Of a DNA stretch of 64,000 bases, positions 23,355 through 31,843 are shown piece after piece. Made by a program: the position numbers and the translations under genes. The DNA lies in the NCBI GenBank assembly GCA_038496445.1, contig JALMLS010000507.1, positions 1 to 64,000 of the forward strand. The letters run 5' to 3'. Within the stretch, counting starts at the first letter, position 1. Each line of letters begins with the position of its first letter. The notes beneath the pieces are model-generated. The model ran no database searches. It had not been told where the DNA came from and saw only the letters and a program-made list of their open reading frames with translations. Origin of the DNA: Trichosphaerium sp. ATCC 40318. Its lineage: Eukaryota > Protista > Tubulinea.

Positions 23355-26300
23355 CCTCTCGTTCCAAACAAGTACAAGCTCTCATGGGTACTTGTTTCGT
23401 CTCTGATGCTCCCCTCCCTTGCCTTCTCGACACTGGTGCAGATGCCTCTCTGATCTCTTTGCGTACCTTGAAGCGTGTTACTAACAATAAAGTCCCCGTT
23501 CTTTACACGCGTTCAGTTCGTACCTTTGATGGTTCTTTAGTCAAGGTCCTTGGCTCTCATCTGTTGCCTGTCTGTATTGGCAGTCGTACCCGTAAGGTTC
23601 GTTTCCTGGTTGTCCTCACCTCATGGTATGATGTTATTCTTGGCATGGATGCTCTCTCCTCCTTTGGAGCAGTCCTCGACATCCCTGACTCTATCTTGAC
23701 CCTCAAGGAGACCGCTTTTGAACTCTCTGAGTCCATTGGTATATCCTCCTACGCGCCTGAACATGTACATTATGTACGTTGTTTGAATACCGTGACCTTG
23801 CCTGCTTTTAGTCAGGTCTAAAAAAATATACCAGTTTTTTTGGTATATACCACTTTTATACCACTTTTTTATACCAGTTTTTTATGGTATATACCAAAAA
23901 AAGTGGTATATTTTGACTGAAATATACCAAAAAAAGTGGTATATTGACCAAATATACCAACAATATACCAAAAAAAACAGGTATAAAAACAGAAAATATA
24001 CCACTTTTTTTCACCAGAAAAAAAAAATATACCACTTTTTTATACCACTTTTTTTAGGTATATACCAGTTATATACCACTTTTTTATACCAGTTTTTCAT
24101 GGTATATACCACTCTTATATACCACTTTATGCTTACTTATAGTACACCTGCAATTCCAGAAAATACACTTTATTTAATACACAGTTTGTGAGTTACAAGT
24201 TTTGGACAATGTCCACTACAGTTACATTACTATGGGCGTCTGGAAAATTCGTCCATCTCCATGAGCTTGCTGTACCTACTGTAAAAACATGCTGCGCACC
24301 TAATGAAAGTGGTCCCACCTGAATCTATCAATTACTAAGGCCTACGGAGGTCGGTTAATGTATATCAAACGAAAATAAAATAAAACTTTGTCTGGTACCC
24401 ACGAACGTCTGTATAATACCTGCAATATAGGTTCCTCAATGTTGGTACTGGAATCAGGTCCTGCGGTCCGAATGAGCTTGGTTTGGTTAGATTCTATGAT
24501 ATACTAAGGTTCCTACGCACCGTTCAATGTATGACGTCCATGATCGTTCAACAAGAAAATCCATTACCAAAAAGCTCCTTAATGACCTTCTTGAAGCATA
24601 CCATAAAAGTGGTATATACCAATAAAAAGGTGGTATATACCACATACCATAAAAAAGTGGTATATACCACTTTATATACCATTTTTAGAAGGTCTCATTA
24701 TGTGAATGAAAAGTGGTATATACCACTTCTATATACCACTTTTTTATTCATTTAATTTTTAAAAAAGTGGTATTTCAAAATGGTATATACCAGTTCATAT
24801 ACCATTTTGTTGAAAAAAGTGGTATATACCATAAAAAAACTGGTATATACCACTTTAATTTTTAGACCTGGTGGGTTGACTGGCGCTCAAGTCGTAAAGG
24901 GTCATGTCACTAACTGGAACCCCAAAGTTAGACACGGCTTGATCAGTCCCATTCGGTCCCACTACTCTCAGTTTAATGTTGCACGAGGTATCACTACGTT
25001 GGATAGCTCCAAGATCTCTATTGGTGTTTCCAACTTTACTGCCAATCGTGTCAAGATCCCTGCTGGCACAGCTTTGGCTTTTCTCGAAGTCAATAGCATC
25101 CGCAGTATACGCAACGCCTTTTCCGAGCTCAAACGCATCAAAAAGAAGTTGCATCAGTTACTACAAATGCATCTTCTCACTCCCGAAGTATGCCAACAAA
25201 CGCTGAAACTTTTTAAAGTCGAACGCGGTAAACACCTCACCAAGCTCCAATATGACCAGCTACTTCTCTTTCTCTGGCAGCTCCGTCATACCTTCACGTC
25301 CAACCCCAAAGCGCCTCCTCAAGCGCGTGTACCTCCGCATCAGATTGATACTGGTAACAGCCGACCGGTCCGTGTTCCACTTCGCTCGTTCTCGCCTCCT
25401 GAAGCCGAGCATATTGCTAAACAAGTGGACGAACTGCTTAAGAATGGCATTATTCGCCCTTCTAGCAGTGCGTGGTCGTCGCCTGTTCTGCTTGTGAGTA
25501 AATCGGACGGCTCTAAACGTTTCTGCATAGACTACCGAGCCTTGAACAAGGTCACCAAGAAGGACGTCTATCCGCTTCCGCGTATCAACGACGCCTTGAA
25601 TCACCTGCAGTCTGTGAAGTTTTTCTCCACCTTGGACGCTCCATCTGGATTCTGGCACATTCCCATTGATGAACAAGACCGCCACAAAACTGCGTTTTCC
25701 ACTCGTGATGGTCTTTACGAATGGAATCGCATGCCTTTTGGACTTACAAATGCCCCTGCCACCTTTCAGCGAACTATGAACGTCCTCATGTCTGGTTTGT
25801 CCTGGCACGTTTGCCTCGTATACATGGATGATATCATTGTATACTCTGCCAACTTTGAAGACCATTTGGTGGCTCTGCTTCTTGTTTTCGAGCGTGTCAT
25901 AGATTCTGGTTTCACGCTTCGCGCAGACAAATGTCAGTTCTTTCAACCGACAATTGCATATCTTGGCCATGTCATATCTCGTGATGGTGTTCGTCCCAAT
26001 CCTGAGCATACCAAATGTATTCTTGATGCCCGCTCGCCTCGCAACGCTTCCGAAGTTCGTACTTTTCTTGGGATGTCCAATTATTATCGCAAATACATCA
26101 AACAGTACGCCCACATTGCCGAGCCTCTCCAAAAGCTCATCCGCAATGAACAACCCTGGGTTTGGGCCGCTTCACAAACACGTGCTTTTAAAGCTCTTAA
26201 GACAGCTCTCACCTCTCCTCCGTTGCTGGCTCTCCCACGCTTTGACCGACCATTTCAGTTATACACAGACGGTTCTGGATATGCCTCTGGTGCAGTATTG

Positions 26301-28328
26301 GAACAGATGGATGACAAAGGTGTACCACGTGTCATTTCTTATTTCTCAAAAGCTCATTCCGAAGCCGAACGACGTTATAAAAATACTACAGAATGGGAAT
26401 GCCTTGCACTCATCCGAGCCTTGGCTAAGTTCCGCCCCTATATCCTGTACAATAAGTTGGTGATCTATATTGACCATACCGCCATCAAGTACATCTTGGA
26501 GTCCAAAACTCTTAAACCAAAGTACACGCGCTGGGCACTTCAACTCGAAGACTATGATTATACAGTCGTTCACAAGCCCGGACGCTGGCATGGTAATGCT
26601 GATGGACCCAGTCGCAATCCCATAGCTAATGTCAACGCTGCTTCTCAACCTCTCAAACTTCGTATCACTCCCGACGCCCAAAGAGCTGACCCTGCGTATT
26701 CTGATCTTTACGAATACATTCTCACTGGAGTCAAACCACAAGGCCGTGCTGCTTGTAGGCGTGTCGTAGAACAAGCCGAAACCTATTTTATTGACGAGAC
26801 TACTCAGCTCCTTTACAGACGATGGTTCCCTTCCAAGTCTCTCCCTTCCGATGAGCCCTTCTCTTTGCTTTGTGTTCCAAAATCACACGTTCCCACCGTT
26901 CTCTCTGCATTTCATGATGATCTTGGTCACCAGATGTTTATGCGTACTTTCAACTGCATTCGCCGCCGATTTTGGTGGCGCAACTGCTCTGGTGATGTCA
27001 AAGATTGGTGCCTTAACTGTTCCAAATGCGTAGCTCGCAAGGGCCCTAGATCCAAGCTCACAGTCCCGATGAAATCTACAGTGTCCACTATTCCTTGGCA
27101 CACTGTCTCCATTGATGCTTTGAAGTTACCTACATCTCATCGCGGTAATTGCAAAGTCATAGTTGTTACCGACTTATGCACCAAGTTCGTTGAAGCCGTT
27201 GCACTACCAGACGAGAAGTCCGAGAATGTTGCAAGATGGCTCTACAATGATGTGTTCCGCCGCTGGGGCTACCCTCTACGGTTACTTTCGGACCGTGGTG
27301 AAAACTTTCTCTCTGGCCTTATCTCGGAGCTCAACAACCTTTTTGGCGTCAAGAAACTCAACACCACTGCGTACCACCCACAGACGAATGGACAAGTAGA
27401 GTGCTTTAATCGTACCTTGATTGAGATGCTCTCTCTTTACGTTAATGATGATCACGACGATTGGGATGATTTCCTTCCCCAGTGTCTCCAAGCTTACAAC
27501 TTTGCGCCTCATGCTAGTACCAAGCAGTCACCACATTTTCTCATGATGGGATGCTTGGGTCGTACAGCATTACAAGCTTCTCTGGCGCCTGATGTATTGC
27601 CTCCATTAGCGCACACATTCCCCAAACAGGTTTGCTCTTGCCTTTCTAAAGCTCTCAGCCTTGCAAATCAGCACGCTGTTACGCAGCGAGAGTACCAGCG
27701 TTCGTATCATGATCGTACCCGCAGTGCCAAATTCTCTCCATATATACGCTCCCAGTGGGTTATGGTTTATGTTCCCAAACCTGACGGTGAGTTTACTACA
27801 AAGCTTTCTAGCCATTGGATTGGTCCATATCAAATACTCAAAGAGACTACTCCTGGCGTTTACCTTCTTGACAAGCCTCCCGGTGAAACTTCTTGGCACC
27901 CTGTCGTCAATGCGCGTCGATTGAAGCCCTACTGGAAATTCCGCAAAAATCACTTACCGACGCTTCATAAGGCCCAAACTCCTACCCCAGGCCCAGTTGT
28001 CACTCCGCGTTCTTCTAAAGATACGCCTCGTCGCCAGTCCAGTCTTCGTACTGTTGACACCATGGCCACGCTCAAGAATCACTTAGTACGTATTCGAGAC
28101 AGTGTCCTCACTTCATCTAAGCATACTGCTTACGAAGGCGCTGTAACTGTTCTGAAGTCTTTATTGACACACGGTTCAGTTTACGTTACTAGTTTTTCTC
28201 GCAACGATGTGTTCCTTGCACGTCTTAAACAGATTCGTAGCAACGATGATTTTCTCTGCTATGTTCGTCGTCTTATTTCCGACTTCGACATTGTGTTCTC
28301 TTACGAGATTGCTAAGCTTCTTCGTTAA
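23303..28328 (+). pseudogene. pol: Retrotransposon pol (aspartic protease, reverse transcriptase, RNase H, integrase), split by the TIR insertion 23813-24870
   Basis: LLDTGA; RFCIDYRALN, MPFGLTNAPATFQ, YMDD; LYTDGS..GAVL; HDDLGH..CSKC, WHTVSID, LLSDRGENF, AYHPQTNGQVE; WIGPYQI. Removing 23813-24872 fuses ..PAFS|GLTGAQV.. in frame. Confidence 0.95.
23813..24870. mobile_element. Non-autonomous DNA transposon (MITE-like, 1058 bp) with 12-bp TIR CAGGTCTAAAAA, 2-bp TSD (GT) and palindromic subterminal repeats
   Basis: Left end CAGGTCTAAAAA, right end TTTTTAGACCTG. GT occurs at 23811-12 and 24871-72. About 11 GGTATATACC copies lie in the arms and there is no transposase ORF. Confidence 0.9.
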
Positions 28329-28354
28329 TGTTGCACAGGAGTGACAACGCTCTT

Positions 28355-28370
28355 AAAACGGGGGAAGAAC
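28355..28370 (+). promoter_or_regulatory. Polypurine tract
   Basis: AAAACGGGGGAAGAAC immediately before the 3' LTR. Confidence 0.8.
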
Positions 28371-28466
28371 TGTAATGACAATTCATGTACTGTACTTAAC
28401 TCAGCCTGTACCTTAATACATTAGAGGATTCCTAGGCTAACCTACTTGCCGTTTATCTACATTACA
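28371..28466 (+). repeat. 3' LTR (96 bp)
   Basis: Identical to 21891-21986 and followed by TSD CATA. Confidence 0.97.
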
Positions 28467-28789
28467 CATACACGACCACCAACCTATGGGTAAGGTCAGG
28501 ACCTTTTGTGTTGTTTTCAAGTTTAATTAACACGTACATCTACACCACATTCTTGGGGTGTAACAAGCACGTAGAGTAAGGAGAATATGACTAGAAACCG
28601 CGAGTTTGCAAGCATTATAAGAATTTTGGTAAACTAGTTTATGCTATTCCTAATTTGGCAATTATGACGCTTGTATATCCAGTGTGACGCGTTGTTTGCA
28701 CAAAAATTACTTCAAAAAGGCCTTAAAATGAAGCTTGTGGTATTTGAAATTCCGTTGACTAAATGTCATTACAATAGATTCTGTACGAC

Positions 28790-30427
28790 ATGAGCGCGTC
28801 TCTACTTGGTTTAACTGTGAGTGGTAGTGTTAAATTTATATATTTACAGATTGTAGGGACAGGGTGGTACTAGCGACATTACAAGGCTACTAGCCCAAGC
28901 TAGCTCTCTATTAAACGCCAAGGCACCTGCAGCAGCTGCCACTATAAAACTAGAACGCCCACATGTAGCGACTCCATACGTTAAACCAACGCCTATCACA
29001 CCAATTGAGAGGACATATGTTGAACCTACACCTGGCACTATCGTACAGCCTACACAACCAGTAAAACCTCATTTCCAGCCCTCTATTGTAAAGAAAGAGC
29101 CTAAGAGAGAACCTGTCGTTGTAAGAGAAGAAGAACCAATTCAACAATCGCCTGTACTAGAGCGTGGAAGAACTGCCGTCAAAGTAGTGCGTAAGGAACA
29201 CCAACCAAAGGTAAAATTTTTTTAACCGCCACTACCGTTTGTTAACGCATGAAAGACAACAATTAGCAACAAAGAATGGGTAAAACAACATTTACATTGG
29301 CAAGAGGACGAAATAGTGACACTTAATGTTGGTGGCAGAACTTATGCTACAACGACAGCTATGCTTACAAATGAACGTTCTATGGGTACGTATCCCGTAA
29401 AACGTGTCACTTAAAAACAAATTAACTTGTTGGATATTGTTGATTTATTTTGCTAGGATCACGCTTAGCAGCGATTGCAAAGTATAAAGACAGTATACCG
29501 CTCCTTGATGGTGCAATATTCATTGATAGAGATCCTTATCTGTTTAATTATGTTATGAATTACATAAGGACAGGTATAATGGGTGTACCACGTAATGACG
29601 ATCAACAGGATATGCTAGCATTAGAAATAGAATTTTTTGGCATCCATGTAAAGGCGTACGTTGCGATTTTTTTCCAAAAGGAAAGTGTTGGCTCTTTCTT
29701 TGTCACGTGTCTCCATGATGTTGTTTTCCCTTGTTCTAACCTTTATATTTTAAGATCAGATAAAAAGCGTAGTAACAAGCAAAGAAGGAATGACAGGCGT
29801 ATCCAACAAACCTGGTAATTGCTATTTATTTGTTTCAAATTTTGTTTTTTGTTGTTCGGCTATCTTTTATGAAGCCTACAGCCAGTGCTTATTTTATTAT
29901 ACAGGAAACCACCTGAGAATAATTACGCTAGAGCTTCTGGTCCAAGCATGAATAATAATGGACAAGTTGAGGAGTACGCCTTTTGTTTTGTTCATTTGAA
30001 AAAAATCAATCAGTTTTTTTCACGATTTTCCTAACTACCGTAGGAGTGTATCAGAAGATGACAATGACCTCACTCTTTTCGTTGGCGGCCTTCCTTATTC
30101 AGTAGTAGAGAGTGATGTTACTTTATTCTTTAATGACCTTAATGTCACGGGTGTACGCATTATACGTGATCAAGGCATGTCTCGTGGATTTGGTTATGTG
30201 GATTTTGCTGATGAAGAGTCTGTGGCAGCTGCTCTTGATGACTACAATGGAAGAGTGCGTTTGAATTGATAAATACCTTGGTCTTTAGCCTACTTACCTC
30301 TTTTACATAGCAATTACTTGGCAGGTCTGTGACTGTTGCACGTGAGACTAAAAGAAAAAATCGTGGAGGTAGCCGAAGTAGAAGCAGAGGCAACAGTAGA
30401 AGTCGTAGATTTAATGCTGGAGACTAA
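28790..30427 (+). CDS. KCTD-type BTB/POZ domain plus RRM plus short RS/RG tail
   Basis: IVTLNVGGRTYATT..FIDRDPYLFNYVMNYIRTG..LEIEFFGI, then TLFVGGLPY (RNP2) and RGFGYVDF (RNP1). The exons join in frame through GT-AG introns. Confidence 0.8.
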
Positions 30428-30793
30428 CCAATAACTTGATTCTATCTTCGTCATCTTCGGTAATACTATTCGCTTACATAGCGCCTACAATAGAGGAGTT
30501 AGGGCGCGCCAAGAATAAGTCACTAATTGATAAAACCAAAAACAAAAAAAACGAAAAAACCCAACAATATCAAACAACAGTGAAAAATCAAACACACAAC
30601 AAACAGACTAACCCTAATCTCTGTGACACAAATTCACAAGAGCATATAAAAATTGTGACTAAGCAAATACATTATAATTTTCCTCTTTGTGCATGTCTTG
30701 AACTCAATGTTACACTCTCACGTGCCTTTTACGAAAAAAAAAAAGCCAAATCGAAGTCTGCTTTGGGTCAAAGTCATTCTACAATCGGAGTAG

Positions 30794-31618
30794 ATGGAAT
30801 CAAGAGCAGCAAAGCTTAAAAACACCACTGAACTAGAACAAGAAAAACCAACACTAACAACCCTAGTTTTAGATGCATTCTTCGAAATAATAAACAACTT
30901 ACTTATAACTAGCTCTTTGAGTTGTGTACATCTCAAATCTACGAATAAACAAATGAAAGATCGGATTGATAAATATTTTGGGTCAACAACAAACCTCAAA
31001 TCTGCAGTTTATTTGACCTTACTATGCCCAAATATGGCACCATTGATAATACCAAATATTCTAAATGGCACAATAACATTCATTTCAACTGATAGCGAGG
31101 AAATGTGGCTAGAAGATGATTTTGTTGACTCTTTTTATCCTTTACAACAAATATTTCAGTTCATAGAAAACGTAGACACAATGTATATCAAGTTACCGAA
31201 ACATACAAAATGTGGCTGTGGCAACCTCTGCTCCATAACAGTGAATGGGCACAGGGTTTGCCAATATTGCTCAGACATAGCAGATTTAGAAGAAGAAGAG
31301 AATACAGAAGATGTAAGAGACTTACATGTTTGCAGTGAATGTGTTAGTGTCAGTAATGTACATTTTCAATGGAAGGGGCAAGATCTATGCAATGCATGCC
31401 TTGTAGAAAACGATCATCGTTTTATGATTTACTGTATTGAGCATGAAGTGATTTGGTTCAAAGAGTGCGATACTACAGGACCAGACTACAAGTCTGTTGT
31501 TAATCAACTCGGAGACTGGGACAAATTTGATGAAAGTAAATACATCATCTATAACTTATGGTCAATGGGTAGCATGAACGGCACGGTAGGAGTATGGATG
31601 TGTATGAAAAAAACGTGA
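30794..31618 (+). CDS. Intronless protein with an F-box-like N-terminus and Cys-rich (CxxC) C-terminal half
   Basis: 274-aa ORF. LTTLVLDAFFEIINNL..CVHLKSTNKQMKDRI is F-box-like; CGCGNLC, CQYC, CSEC, CNAC and CIEH follow. Confidence 0.65.
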   Translation: MESRAAKLKNTTELEQEKPTLTTLVLDAFFEIINNLLITSSLSCVHLKSTNKQMKDRIDKYFGSTTNLKSAVYLTLLCPNMAPLIIPNILNGTITFISTDSEEMWLEDDFVDSFYPLQQIFQFIENVDTMYIKLPKHTKCGCGNLCSITVNGHRVCQYCSDIADLEEEENTEDVRDLHVCSECVSVSNVHFQWKGQDLCNACLVENDHRFMIYCIEHEVIWFKECDTTGPDYKSVVNQLGDWDKFDESKYIIYNLWSMGSMNGTVGVWMCMKKT

Positions 31619-31843
31619 TAAAATTGATTAGCCAATAAAAACTGTTTATTGCTAACACCTTTTGCCATTGCCGTGCAACATTTGCTTCGCTTACATAATC
31701 ATTGTCCAGTTCAAGTTTAAGGGCAGCTGTACGTTGATGCTTATGCCAAACATCTACAGACTTTTTGGTCACGAACAAATTCACTGAAGAGTTGTATCAA
31801 GTCAAAACAAGTACTACAGTTAGTCTCAGTCCGCTCTCTTACA

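Larger units (their letters stand above)
21891..28466 (+). mobile_element. Ty3/Gypsy (Metaviridae) LTR retrotransposon, full length but disabled
   Basis: Identical 96-bp LTRs, 4-bp TSD CATA (21887-21890 and 28467-28470), polypurine tract before the 3' LTR, gag with a CCHC knuckle, and pol order PR-RT-RH-IN. Confidence 0.97.
20076..28615 (-). pseudogene. Secreted chitinase (signal peptide, CBM18/hevein domain, GH18, S/T/P tail), interrupted in coding exon 2 by the LTR retrotransposon; 3' end approximate
   Basis: ATG at 28615 gives MLANSRFLVIFSLLYVLVTPQECGVD|VGGRV[insertion][35 protein letters not shown] (hevein Cys pattern). GH18 motifs: THINYAFA, KMMLSIGG, YDGVDIDW|EFP, AYDYRGSW, VFGLPFYG, GVMYWE. 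Confidence 0.88.

Noticed and set aside
23821-24855. CRISPR-like or telomeric array
   Set aside because: The repeats are 10-bp palindromes with irregular A/T-tract spacers inside TIRs, in a eukaryotic context with no cas genes.
23816-24865. TIR element as a self-removing introner (CAG|GT...TTTTAG inside its ends)
   Set aside because: Splicing GT(23816) to AG(24865) leaves the downstream sequence one base out of the pol frame, so pol is not restored.
24780-24872. N-terminus of the 1182-aa ORF (MVYTSSY..) and ORFs 23913-24191 and 24483-24755 as real proteins
   Set aside because: They are translations of the inserted element's repeats. True pol sequence resumes at 24873.
25260-27953. Antisense ORFs within pol (e.g. 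297 aa at 25260-26153)
   Set aside because: Shadow ORFs expected opposite a long, more GC-rich coding region; no recognisable motifs.
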